64,000 nt of DNA from the NCBI GenBank assembly GCA_947259275.1, contig CAMYMH010000011.1, positions 481 through 64,480 on the forward strand, written 5' to 3'. Below the pieces are notes generated by a model. It did not search any database, had not been told where the DNA came from, and saw only the letters and a program-made list of their open reading frames with translations. Origin of the DNA: an uncultured Acidimicrobiaceae bacterium (GTDB taxonomy: Bacteria > Actinomycetota > Acidimicrobiia > Spongiisociales > SHLN01). Each line of letters opens with the position of its first letter. Position 1 is the stretch's first letter. Of the stretch, positions 49,456-60,659 are shown piece after piece. Both the position numbers and the translations under genes were made by a program.

Positions 49456-50910
49456 TTAGGCAGCAACCGCCCGGTCGGAGGCCCAGGCTCGGAGGGCGAG
49501 CACGTCCTCGGAGCGCGAAATGGACAGGGGGACCGTGGCGGCCATCTCGGCTTCGATGTCCGAGCCGGCGATTGGGCGATCGGCTCCGAAGGCCCGGTAA
49601 ACCGCGCCGACCACCGCGGACTCGATTTCGGCTCCGGAGAACCCGTCACTGTTCTTGACCAAACGGGCCAGCTCGTGCTCGGTCAGCTCGATGTCCCGCT
49701 TGGCGAGATGTAGGGCGAAGATCGCCCGACGCGCCGCGGTGTCTGGCAGATCGACGAAGAAAGTCTCGTCGAAGCGACCCTTGCGGAGCAGTTCGGGCGG
49801 AAGCTGGGAGACGTCGTTGGCGGTTGCGACCAGGAAGACTCCGGGCTTGCGTTCCTGCATCCACCGCAGAAACGTGCCCAGCAACCGTTGACTTACGCCA
49901 GAGTCACTCATCCCACCGGCCGCGAAGCCCTTCTCGATTTCGTCGATCCACAGCACGGCGGGGGCGAGGGCGTCGATGCTGCGCAACGACTCTTGCAGCC
50001 GCTGCTCGGTTTCTCCTATGTAGGGGCGATACAGCCGGGACGGATCGAGCAGTACCAGCGGGAGATCCCAGGATCGGGCCAGTGTCTTGGCGACGAACGA
50101 CTTGCCGCAGCCGGGGATGCCGGTCAGCAGGATGCCGCGGGCCGGCTCCATTCCTCCGTCCTCGTGGGCCGCCCGGCGCACTCTGAGCCATTGCTTGAGC
50201 CCGTCGAGGCCGCCGACCTCGTCAAGGGTGCCAACCTCGGCCTCGACCAGCTCGAGGATTCCGTCCGACGAGAGCAACTCGGCCTTGGCCCGGCGGACGT
50301 CGGCGATGTCCTCGCCGGTGAGCTGCCCGTCGCGGAAGGCAGCCTGCTGCAGGAGGTGCTCTGCTTCGCGCAGGCTGAGCCCGCGTACCGCGACGACCAG
50401 GCGGTCGACGTCGGAGTCGTCGAGGTCCACCGTGAAGCGGCGTTCGGTGAGGTCTTCCAGGGTTCGGTGGATGAGCCGATGGAGCTCGTCCTCGCCGGGG
50501 GGGCTCAGATTCCACGGTAGCGCCAGCCCGTTCAACTCGGCCGGGATGGTGCGATTGGGGGCAGTCAGGACGATGGTCTGCCCCTCCCGGGCATCCTGGG
50601 CCAATTCCTTGACGGCGCGCACTACCTGAGGGTTGTCGAGGTGGGGATGGATGTCGGCAAACACGAAGACGGCCGGTTGGTCGAGGTATTTGATCCATTC
50701 GAATGCGCGGGAGGGGTCCCGGGTCCCATACTGGGGGTCCTTCTCGTCGCGGGCCAGCCCCTTGGTTGCAGTCCACGTCCACACGGGCAGGTCGAGGTCC
50801 CAGGCAGCATCGCGCAGCAGCACAAGAAACCGCTCCTCGTCCTGGGTCTCCACGAAGAGCAGTGGGTGGCGAGATCCAAGCAGGACGCGGAGGTCTGACG
50901 TGTTGTCCAC
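49456..50910 (-). CDS. AAA family ATPase (Ycf46-like)
   Basis: 'VGGLDGLKQWL', Walker A 'GIPGCGKS', 'WIDEIEK', 'PPELLRKGRFDE', C-terminal 'LRAWA..RAV'. Confidence 0.92.
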   Translation of the reverse strand: MDNTSDLRVLLGSRHPLLFVETQDEERFLVLLRDAAWDLDLPVWTWTATKGLARDEKDPQYGTRDPSRAFEWIKYLDQPAVFVFADIHPHLDNPQVVRAVKELAQDAREGQTIVLTAPNRTIPAELNGLALPWNLSPPGEDELHRLIHRTLEDLTERRFTVDLDDSDVDRLVVAVRGLSLREAEHLLQQAAFRDGQLTGEDIADVRRAKAELLSSDGILELVEAEVGTLDEVGGLDGLKQWLRVRRAAHEDGGMEPARGILLTGIPGCGKSFVAKTLARSWDLPLVLLDPSRLYRPYIGETEQRLQESLRSIDALAPAVLWIDEIEKGFAAGGMSDSGVSQRLLGTFLRWMQERKPGVFLVATANDVSQLPPELLRKGRFDETFFVDLPDTAARRAIFALHLAKRDIELTEHELARLVKNSDGFSGAEIESAVVGAVYRAFGADRPIAGSDIEAEMAATVPLSISRSEDVLALRAWASDRAVAA

Positions 50911-51022
50911 AGGTTGTTATCGCCTGTTCCTGCGTTCCGACTTAGCCAAGAACGCGAAACTATTTGCAACCCTTAGTGTCGAATTCCTAGCATTTGAAGG
51001 AACTCTGCATCGAGGAGGATGT

Positions 51023-51397
51023 GTGCTCAAGGAATTCAAGGAATTTGCCTTTGGTGGCAATCTCGTAGAAATCGCCGTTGGCTTGGTGATGGCTTTGGCG
51101 TTGGTGAATCTCGTCGGGGCGCTCATCGACAACGTGCTGATGCCGATCATCGGAATCATCTTCGGACAGCCCAGCTTCGATGAAGTACTGGATCCGGCCA
51201 TCAACGACTCGGTCATCCGGTTCGGATCATTCTTGACCGCGCTCGTGACGTTCATCGCCATTGCCCTCGCGGTGTTCTTGTTCGTGGTCAAGCCGTACCA
51301 GTCTTACAAGGCCCGGGTCGAGGCCGGTTCCGAGGAGGCGGCACCGCCTCCGGAGGACATCACGTTGCTCCGCGAGATCGCGGCCAACACCAGGTAA
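51023..51397 (+). CDS. mscL: Large-conductance mechanosensitive channel
   Basis: 'LKEFKEFA.GGNLVEIAVG', 'FGSFL', 'LLREI'; GTG start after GAGGAGG. Confidence 0.94.
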   Translation: MLKEFKEFAFGGNLVEIAVGLVMALALVNLVGALIDNVLMPIIGIIFGQPSFDEVLDPAINDSVIRFGSFLTALVTFIAIALAVFLFVVKPYQSYKARVEAGSEEAAPPPEDITLLREIAANTR

Positions 51398-51418
51398 CCG
51401 ACCCCAGCCCACGCACAG

Positions 51419-51440
51419 CGCCCCCCTTCGGGGGCGTTTT
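51419..51440 (+). terminator. Intrinsic terminator after mscL
   Basis: CGCCCCC-cttc-GGGGGCG followed by TTTT. Confidence 0.8.
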
Positions 51441-51481
51441 GCTATGGAGCGTCCGGCTGTCGCCTTCCCCGGCGTTGGACC

Positions 51482-51937
51482 TCAGTGCAGCAGATTTGGT
51501 GGCGGAAACGCCTTCGCAAACGTGAAGGCCTCCGAGGTTGGGCCGTGTTCTCGCACGTGCACGAGGCGTTGCTCAGCTTCCGGCACGGTTGGCAGTGCGT
51601 TCGCCGGCATCCACCACAGCGCCAGATGCGGCTGGTCCATTCGTTCAAACCATTCGCCGCGTCGGCGCATGATGGCGGTGTGGTCGCTGCGGAATGCATA
51701 GGCCTTGAGAGCGTCGATGCTCTTCCACACCGAGAGGTTGACCAGCAAGCCGGGGTCGTCGAAGACGTGAATCGAGGTGGCGTCACCCTGATCCGTTTGC
51801 AGGCGCCATACGAAACCAGCGCTGGTGTCGGCCAGCCGGTTCACTCGCTCCAGAGCGGCGAAAAAGGTCGCGGCGTCTGCTGATTGCGGGTCGACCTTCC
51901 ACCGAGCGATGTTCACCTGCGCCAGGTGGTACTCCAT
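51482..51937 (-). CDS. DUF3291 domain protein
   Basis: 'HLAQVNIA', 'GFVWRLQ', 'VNLSVW', 'RRGEWF', 'HGPT.EAFTF'. Confidence 0.9.
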   Translation of the reverse strand: MEYHLAQVNIARWKVDPQSADAATFFAALERVNRLADTSAGFVWRLQTDQGDATSIHVFDDPGLLVNLSVWKSIDALKAYAFRSDHTAIMRRRGEWFERMDQPHLALWWMPANALPTVPEAEQRLVHVREHGPTSEAFTFAKAFPPPNLLH

Positions 51938-52005
51938 GAAAGCACCATAGCCGGGGAACAATCCCGGCTCTCAGCGGTTGTATCGACTGCAGGATCACTC
52001 AGGAG

Positions 52006-52329
52006 ATGGCAATGCCCCAGGCAGTATTCAACGGCGTCGTCATTGCAGAAGCCGACGAGACGGTGGTAATCGAGGGCAATCACTACTTCCCGCCCGAGTC
52101 GATCAATCAGGAGTTCCTTTCCGAGACTCCCGGCTACAACACCACCTGTCCGTGGAAGGGGCTCGCCAGCTACTACGACGTCGAGGTCGAGGGTGAGCGA
52201 GCCCAAGCGGTGGCTTGGACCTATAAGGACCCGAGCGATCGAGCCTCGATGATCAAGGATTACGTCGCCTTCTATCCGAAAGTGCGAGTCGAAGGCGCTT
52301 CCAAGCGCGGTTTGTTCAGCCGTCGCTGA
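52006..52329 (+). CDS. DUF427 domain protein
   Basis: 'EGNHYFP', 'CPWKGLASYY', 'AWTY', 'YVAFY'. Confidence 0.92.
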   Translation: MAMPQAVFNGVVIAEADETVVIEGNHYFPPESINQEFLSETPGYNTTCPWKGLASYYDVEVEGERAQAVAWTYKDPSDRASMIKDYVAFYPKVRVEGASKRGLFSRR

Positions 52330-52411
52330 GCACCCCTACCTTTGGCCTCAATCCGCGGTTGCTGCCGCGGGGAAATCAGCTCATACCCGTGCTTTGGGAA
52401 TCTTGACTCGC

Positions 52412-52611
52412 TCTTCCTTCCCCTCGAGGGGAAGGTGGACGGGAACGCTACGCGTTCCTTAAGCGAAGCTTCGAGGACGGATGGGGGGAGGGCCGGGCTT
52501 CGTAACTCCATCAGGTAGGCAGTTGCGTAGCAACTGCCTCGCAACCCGCAGGGTTGCCCCCACCCCGACCTCGCTAACGCTCGGCCACCCCGCGCTCGAG
52601 GACGGGGAGGA
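52412..52611. repeat. Palindromic composite intergenic element, copy 2
   Basis: First 27 bp identical to copy 1; shares GACGGATGGGGG and the CCCCACCCCG..GGGG right arm; contains GGCAGTTGCGTAGCAACTGCC. Confidence 0.85.
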
Positions 52612-52735
52612 AAGCACGCCAACTGCTCACCCAACAACCACGGATCCAGGTCAAGGGCGTGGCTGGGGGAGGGCCGGGCTTCGCCCGGCTAAGGAGTTGG
52701 GTTGCCAAGCACGTTCCCGTGCTCTCGGGAGAGCA

Positions 52736-54139
52736 CTACCCCGATGCCGGCGGTTGCAGCGCGTAGAGCCACTGTCCGCTTCCGCTGATCCCGATGCGGT
52801 AGCCCGCGTAGCTGTCGTAGAGCACGAACATTTCGTCGAGGTCTTCGATCGGGTAGATGCTCAGGAGCTTGGCGTATTCCTCAGACGAGAGTCCGGTTCC
52901 ATCGGCCGACTTCAGGAGAGGGAATGCCGAGGGCCAGGTGTACTGGCTCTCATCTCCGGCAAGCGCGATGTAATCGAGGTTCAGATGCTGCACCATACGA
53001 AGCAGTACCCCGTCTCCGCTCCTTTCTGCGTCATACCACTGGACCAGTGGGGGATCGCTGCTTTCGAAGCTGCTCGAGAAGCCGTCCGGTCCGTTGGTCA
53101 TGGCGGCCAGTACCGCCACATCGCAATCCATGGCAGCTTCAAAGATGGCTCGACGAGTCTCGGCAACCGGCTCGGGAAGTTCGGGTTGCGGCTCGAGCAC
53201 GATATCGAGGCCGGTCGTCGAGCAATTCTTCAGATCCTCGATCGGCTCCCGCAAGCCTTCGATCGAGTAGCTCACTTCCTCGTCGGCGGCGTTGGCAATC
53301 CAGTCGATGTAGACGTTGGCTGGGTATCCGAGCCGGGGGTGATATTCGGCGGTGAAGCTGTCGGCCTCTCGGAGGGCTCGCTCGACTTCGTCGAACAACG
53401 CGGGGACGGTCTTGATGATCTCGTCGTAACGTCCGATTTCGAGCATCTCGACGTCGAAGAGGTCGATTCCCTTGAAGGATGCGCGCACGATCTCGCCGAC
53501 GCGGACGGCTACCTGGTAGGGCCCGATCCACTCCTCAGGACAGAAGCATCCACGGGTGAACGTGTAGTCGTAGTCGGCGAGGCCGGCGTCCTCCCAGCGA
53601 GCGAGCGCCTCTTCAAACGCCTGGCGCGCGGCGGGGTCGCCGGGCGACGGATTCGCTTCGAATGCAGTTACGGTGAGGATGAAGCCGCCGTCCACCGGCA
53701 GCTCCGGCTCGTTGAAGATGTAGGAGCGGGGATAGCCAAAGTCCTGGTCGTATTCGACGTCGACGGGGAACTCGTCCTGCGCGATCGTGGCCTCGATCTC
53801 GTCGAAGATGGCGTCGATGGACGGGTAGGGCGCCTCGCCGCCGACCTCGGGACCTATGCGGCCAGAGGCGACGATCTCAGTGCCGTCCACCCGTGCGAAC
53901 CAGGGACCGCCGTCGCATTCGCAGGCGAGCGAGTAGGTGACCTCGTACGAATCGGGCCGGTTGGCCTTCCACACCAGCCGGGCCTCTGCCAGCAGCTCTT
54001 GCTGAGTGGCCCCCGGGAGGGTCGTGGTGCTTGTGGTGGTCGTCACGGCCGGCCCTGCGGTGGTGGCCGGTCCGCTCGTATCCTCTGCGCCACACGCAGC
54101 GACCAGGACGAAAAGGGCGGCAGCCAGCGATCGCTTCAT
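52736..54139 (-). CDS. Lipoprotein with tandem DUF6174-like domains
   Basis: 'MKRSLAAALFVLVAAC' lipobox; two repeats of W..(x)Y...C.C ... FD ... Y...GYP. Confidence 0.8.
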   Translation of the reverse strand: MKRSLAAALFVLVAACGAEDTSGPATTAGPAVTTTTSTTTLPGATQQELLAEARLVWKANRPDSYEVTYSLACECDGGPWFARVDGTEIVASGRIGPEVGGEAPYPSIDAIFDEIEATIAQDEFPVDVEYDQDFGYPRSYIFNEPELPVDGGFILTVTAFEANPSPGDPAARQAFEEALARWEDAGLADYDYTFTRGCFCPEEWIGPYQVAVRVGEIVRASFKGIDLFDVEMLEIGRYDEIIKTVPALFDEVERALREADSFTAEYHPRLGYPANVYIDWIANAADEEVSYSIEGLREPIEDLKNCSTTGLDIVLEPQPELPEPVAETRRAIFEAAMDCDVAVLAAMTNGPDGFSSSFESSDPPLVQWYDAERSGDGVLLRMVQHLNLDYIALAGDESQYTWPSAFPLLKSADGTGLSSEEYAKLLSIYPIEDLDEMFVLYDSYAGYRIGISGSGQWLYALQPPASG

Positions 54140-54185
54140 TGCGGTCTGACGGTAGAGAGTGCTGGGCCGGTTCCCGCGCCTTGGG

Positions 54186-54551
54186 CTATTCCTCGAGCAT
54201 CTGCTGGATGGTGGGTCGCAGAATGTCGGGGAGGCTCGAGAGTGACTCGGCGGCGTCTGCCCTGGCGGCTGCCAGCTGCTTCTTGATCTGATCGAGCTGG
54301 CCCTGCAGAGCTTCGACCGCGCCTTCCAGCTGGAGGATGCGCTTGACCCCTTCCAGGTTGATTCCGGCGGCCGTGAGTGCCTGGATGGCACTCAATCGCT
54401 CGAGGTCTTCTTCGGAGTAGCGGCGGGTACCGCCCGGCGTCCGGTAGGGGCTGAGCAGGCCACGGCGTTCGTAGATGCGGAGCGTCTGGGGATGGATTCC
54501 CGCTAGCTCGGCGGCTACGGAAATGATGTAGACCGCTTCTTCTTTGCTCAT
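54186..54551 (-). CDS. hspR: MerR-family heat shock repressor HspR
   Basis: 'YIISVAAELAGIHPQTLRIYER', 'GINLEGVKRI'; last gene of the dnaK operon. Confidence 0.95.
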   Translation of the reverse strand: MSKEEAVYIISVAAELAGIHPQTLRIYERRGLLSPYRTPGGTRRYSEEDLERLSAIQALTAAGINLEGVKRILQLEGAVEALQGQLDQIKKQLAAARADAAESLSSLPDILRPTIQQMLEE

Positions 54552-55663
54552 GACGTGACTTCCAAGTGAGAGCGTACGTTGGCAGGTTCGCGCGTCTTCA
54601 GTTGCTCGAGGAGGCTTCGGGTGTCGTCGTCCAGCTCGTCGGGCACCGCCACTTCAATGGTGGCGAGCAGGTCCCCCCGGCCGCCCTTGGCGCTCGGAAC
54701 TCCCTTGCCCTTGATGCGGAAGGTCTTGCCGCTGTCACTTCCGGCCGGAACCCGCAGCGTCACCTTGCCGTCGAGGGTGGGTACGACGATGTCGGCTCCC
54801 AGCGCGGCTTCGGTGAATGTGACCGGCACCGTGATGCGGAGGTTGTTCTTGCGACGAGTGAACAAGGGGTGGCGCCCAACGTGGACCCGGACATGCAAAT
54901 CTCCGGCCGGCCCGCCGTTGCGGCCGGGTGCCCCCTTGCCGGCTACCCGGATGGTGGCGCCGTTCTTGATGCCGGCCGGGATGCGAACCTTGATCGAGCG
55001 CACCCGGTGCTGGGTGCCATTGCCGCCACAGGTATGGCATGGGGTTGTGACGGTCCTCCCGGTCCCATGGCACACGTCGCAGGTCTGGCTGATGGAGAAT
55101 CGCCCCTGCCCGAGGGCGATCGAACCGGAGCCGCCGCAGCGGGGGCAGGTGGTCATGGCGGTGCCCGGCTCGGCGCCGGAGCCCGAGCAAGTGCGACACA
55201 CGCTCGGACCATCGACTGCCACGGTGGCAGTGGTGCCCGAGATCGCCTCGGTGAAGGCAAGATTGACGGTGCTGTACAGGTGCTCACCCGGGATGGGGCC
55301 GGCGCCCTGGCGTCGTCCGCCGAACAGGTCGCCGAGTCCGCCAAATCCTCCGAGCAGATCACCGAGGTCCTCGACCTGGAAGCCGCTGCCGCCGAATCCA
55401 CCTGTCCCCGGCCCGAACCCGCCGCCGGAGGCGTACAACTCCTTGGCCTGGTCGTATTGCTGGCGGGTTTCCTTGTCCGACAGCACCGAGTAGGCGTGGG
55501 AGACTTCCTTGAATCTCTCTTCGGCGGCGGTGTTGCCGGGGTTGGCGTCCGGATGGTATTCCTGGGCGAGCTTACGGTAGGCCTTCTTGATTTCACCGGC
55601 CGAGGCGGTCTTGGGAACGCCGAGGATGGCGTAGAAATCCTTCTCGAACCACTCCCTATCCAT
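54548..55663 (-). CDS. dnaJ: Chaperone DnaJ
   Basis: J domain HPD, G/F region, four CxxCxGxG repeats. Confidence 0.97.
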   Translation of the reverse strand: MDREWFEKDFYAILGVPKTASAGEIKKAYRKLAQEYHPDANPGNTAAEERFKEVSHAYSVLSDKETRQQYDQAKELYASGGGFGPGTGGFGGSGFQVEDLGDLLGGFGGLGDLFGGRRQGAGPIPGEHLYSTVNLAFTEAISGTTATVAVDGPSVCRTCSGSGAEPGTAMTTCPRCGGSGSIALGQGRFSISQTCDVCHGTGRTVTTPCHTCGGNGTQHRVRSIKVRIPAGIKNGATIRVAGKGAPGRNGGPAGDLHVRVHVGRHPLFTRRKNNLRITVPVTFTEAALGADIVVPTLDGKVTLRVPAGSDSGKTFRIKGKGVPSAKGGRGDLLATIEVAVPDELDDDTRSLLEQLKTREPANVRSHLEVTS

Positions 55664-56323
55664 CGTCGGCAGCTTCGCTCTCGGCCAGCGGGTCCTCCCC
55701 GACCGCGACCAGAGCGGCCCGGATCACCCGGCCGTGGAGGGTGTATCCGCGCCGAATCTCGCCGACGACCACCGGGTGCTCGGGCGTGCCCTCCATGGTG
55801 ACCGCCTCGTGCACTGCGGGATCGAACAGTTCGCCGACGGAGGGAATCACCTCCAGGCCCTCCCGGGTCAGGGCGTCGAGCAGCTGCTGGCGGGTCCCGT
55901 TGACGCCGCCGAGCAGCTTGGCCTCGCTGTCCGTTTCCGGCTCATGTGCTACGGCAAGGTCGAAGCTGTCGAGCACTGGCAGGAGGCCCGCCACTACCCG
56001 CTGGCTGGCTCGTTCGACGTTCTCGGCCATTTCCCGCTGGGTGCGCTTGCGGTAGTTGTCGAAGTCGGCGGCCACCCGTTTGAGGTCGTCCAGATACTGC
56101 TGCGCCTCGTCTTGAGCCACGGCATTGGCACGAAAGTCCTCGAAGTCGGCGCTCACCTGCCTGAGGTCATCCAGATAGCTCTGGGCTTCCCCCCGGGCGA
56201 CGGTCAGCTCGGCCAGCAGCACATCCCGAGCCGCCTCCGGGTCATCGGGCAGGCTGAGCGACAGCTCAGCGGCCTCTGCTTCGGCCACCGGAGTCGAGTC
56301 GGTGGGTCGGGTCTCGTCTGGCA

Positions 56324-56324
<1 letters not shown>
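55656..56324 (-). CDS. grpE: Nucleotide exchange factor GrpE
   Basis: 'ADFDNYRKR', 'LLPVLD', 'FDP.VHEA', 'GY.L.GRVIR.A.V.V'. Confidence 0.96.
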
Positions 56325-58162
<1,838 letters not shown>

Positions 58163-58187
58163 GTGCTTGCTTCTCCTTCTCAGAACT

Positions 58188-58232
58188 CTTTAGTCGATTC
58201 GTGAAGTATAACCTGAGTGAGGTATTGTCATA
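58188..58232 (-). promoter_or_regulatory. dnaK promoter with HAIR-like half sites
   Basis: Minus strand: TATGACA-N7-ACTCAGG-t-TATACT..ACTAAAG; AT-rich; same layout as the clpB promoter. Confidence 0.45.
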
Positions 58233-58239
58233 TTCCGTA

Positions 58240-58260
58240 CCCTCCCGTGAAACGGGAGGG
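58240..58260. terminator. Stem-loop upstream of the dnaK promoter (likely terminator of the upstream unit)
   Basis: CCCTCCCG-tgaaa-CGGGAGGG. Confidence 0.5.
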
Positions 58261-58385
58261 GCCCGCTGCCCGGCAGCAGGGGTGGAGTTCACGGGAACGA
58301 AGCCGCGGGCGCTGAACCCACGCATACACGTTGACATGGCGTTGGGCAATCCTCACGCGCGAAAAGCTGAGGCGTTCGCTTCAAC

Positions 58386-58853
58386 TCAACCGAGTTCAGC
58401 CAGCCCCGTCCTCACGTCATGGAGATGGTGCTGCGGATCGTGAATGAGGTAGCGGGCGAACGACTCGATAGTGAAGGCGGCGCCGTCGCCCCGAAATCCG
58501 GTTCGGTCCCACCTGCTCCCCGATCGGCGTTGGCGGCCAGTTCGGCCGCGACGTCGACGGGATCCGACTCGCCGTATCGCTTCTCGATGGCCGTCTCGTC
58601 CTGATTCCAGTTGGCGTAGCGGGGACCATCCTTGGTAAGCATCAGTTCCAACCGCTGGTCGTACAGGGCAAACACGTCGCGAACATGGCAGGCATATTCG
58701 AGGGCCGACCACCGATCCGGCCGCGGTCGCTGGCGAAGGGTCGCCTGTTCGCCGGCCAGGATGTCGGCCCACTCGGCGGCGGCCGCCCGGGTCATGGCCG
58801 AGATGTGGTCGCGAGGGAAAGCGCGGACGTCGAATCGGCACTGGGAGCATGTA
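58386..58853 (-). pseudogene. DinB family protein pseudogene (N-terminus missing, internal frameshift)
   Basis: 'CSQCRFD..WSALEYACHVRDV..NWNQDETA..AANADR' in one frame continues as 'WDRTGFRGDGAAFTIESFARYLIHDPQHHLHDV' in another. Confidence 0.8.
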
Positions 58854-59916
58854 CCGTGATACGGCACCCGCTCGGATCGGCATTGGCGGCCGAGATGCTG
58901 CCGCCGTGGAGGTCGACGATCCACCTCGAGATGGCCAGCCCCAGACCCGAGCCGCCGGTGGCGGCAGCCCGGTCCGGGCTTGCACGGTAGAACCGCTCAA
59001 AGACCCGGTCGAGCTCACCCGCCGGGATCCCGGGCCCGCCATCTTCTACGATCACGACGGCCTGGTGACCAGCTGCCTCGATGGCCAGGTGAATCGGCTC
59101 ACCCTCCGGGCTGTGGCGCATGGCGTTGTCCAGCAGGTTGGCCATCACTTGATGGAGTCGTTCGGGGTCGCCATCCATGACGAGCTGCTGGGGAGCTGAA
59201 ACCTCGATCTTGGCCTCCGGGTCCTGTAGCCGCGCCTCCGCCAGCACCTCTTCCATCACCTCGATCAGGTCCAACCGGGTTGCCCGGATCGGCGAAGCGC
59301 CTGCCTCCAGGCGAGACAGATCCATGAGCTGGTCGACCAGGCGGCCCAGGCGCCCGGTTTGTCGCAGCATGGTGGCGAGCGTCTGCGCGCGATCGTCAAC
59401 GACGTCGTCGAGCAGGTTCTCGACGTTGCCGTGCAGGGCGGCGATGGGAGTGCGCAGCTCGTGGCTCACATTGGCGATGAGGTCGCGGCGTTGCCGCTCG
59501 AGATCGGCGATGTGGGCGGCCATGGCGTTGAACGAGCGAGCCAGCTCGCCGACTTCGTCGGCGGCGGTGGCGGTCACCCGCTGGTCGTAGTTGCCGTCGG
59601 CCATGTTGTCGGCGGCTTGCATCATCTCGGTGAGGGGGGCGGTGAGGCCCCGGGCGAGGATCTGAACCAGTACGGTGGCCACGATCACGGCGGCGGCGAC
59701 CCCCCAGACAGCCGGGAGTTCGAGGGAGTAGCCGATGCTGAGCGTGACAATGGTCACTCCGATGGCCGCACCGATCACGATGCTCAGCTTGAGCTTGACC
59801 GACGGGATCCGGTCGAGGGGCCGCCGAGCACTGAACGGAAGAACCCGGTCGATCCATCCGATGAGCCGCTCGAGCCGGGAATTGGTGGTGTCGATCGACT
59901 GTCGCGTCCGGTTCAT
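58792..59916 (-). CDS. HAMP-domain sensor histidine kinase
   Basis: Two TM helices, HAMP 'DEVGELARSFN', 'NVSHELRTP', 'NLLDNA', 'GGSGLGLAI'; start overlaps the regulator stop. Confidence 0.93.
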   Translation of the reverse strand: MNRTRQSIDTTNSRLERLIGWIDRVLPFSARRPLDRIPSVKLKLSIVIGAAIGVTIVTLSIGYSLELPAVWGVAAAVIVATVLVQILARGLTAPLTEMMQAADNMADGNYDQRVTATAADEVGELARSFNAMAAHIADLERQRRDLIANVSHELRTPIAALHGNVENLLDDVVDDRAQTLATMLRQTGRLGRLVDQLMDLSRLEAGASPIRATRLDLIEVMEEVLAEARLQDPEAKIEVSAPQQLVMDGDPERLHQVMANLLDNAMRHSPEGEPIHLAIEAAGHQAVVIVEDGGPGIPAGELDRVFERFYRASPDRAAATGGSGLGLAISRWIVDLHGGSISAANADPSGCRITVHAPSADSTSALSLATTSRP

Positions 59917-60593
59917 GAGGCTTCCTCCGGCAGTGCGATGGCATAGCCGACGGCATGCACGGTGCGGATGACCCCATCGCCCAGCTTGCGCCTGACCGCC
60001 CGGATGTGGCTGTCCACGGTACGGGCGCCCGAGCCATCCCGGTATCCCCATACCCGGCCGAGCAGCTGTTCGCGGGTCAGCACGGCGCCGCCGGCCGCCG
60101 CCAGGGTGTACAGCAGGTCGAATTCGGTCGCGGTCAGGTGAACCGGGCTGCCGTTTCGACTCACCGTCCGGGTTGCCTCGTCGATCTCGACTTCCCCGAC
60201 CGTTAGCCGGGGAGCAGACGGCACTTCGGTGGCAGCTCTGCGAAGCACGGCCTGAACGCGGGCCACGAGTTCCCTCGGGCTGAACGGCTTGGTGATGTAG
60301 TCGTCGGCTCCCACCCCCAGACCAACCAGCATGTCGGTCTCGTCGTCCTTGGCGGTCAGCATGACGACGGGTGTGCGGCGCTCCCGTTGAATCCGGCGGC
60401 ACACCTCGATGCCGTCGAGCTCGGGCAGCATGAGGTCAAGCACCACGAGATCGGGACGCAGTGACAGGCAGCGCTCCACCCCGCTCTGGCCATCGGCACA
60501 GATCTCGGTGGTGAACCCCTCGCTTCGCAGCCGCGCCGCCACCACCTCGGCGATGTCGCGTTCGTCTTCGATGATGAGGATCGTCCCGGCCAT
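59913..60593 (-). CDS. OmpR/PhoB family response regulator
   Basis: 'IIEDE', 'DLMLP', 'GADDYITKPF', winged-helix 'RTVDSHI..VRRKL'. Confidence 0.95.
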   Translation of the reverse strand: MAGTILIIEDERDIAEVVAARLRSEGFTTEICADGQSGVERCLSLRPDLVVLDLMLPELDGIEVCRRIQRERRTPVVMLTAKDDETDMLVGLGVGADDYITKPFSPRELVARVQAVLRRAATEVPSAPRLTVGEVEIDEATRTVSRNGSPVHLTATEFDLLYTLAAAGGAVLTREQLLGRVWGYRDGSGARTVDSHIRAVRRKLGDGVIRTVHAVGYAIALPEEAS

Positions 60594-60659
60594 CGCTGTT
60601 CAGGCTACGGGCAAACTCGGGGAAGTGTCTGGCCGCCGGCGTGAAGATCCTGTGCAGCT

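Noticed and set aside
49456-50910. AAA ATPase as part of a defence or secretion system
   Set aside because: It is a stand-alone Ycf46-like ATPase with no partner nuclease, protease or secretion genes adjacent
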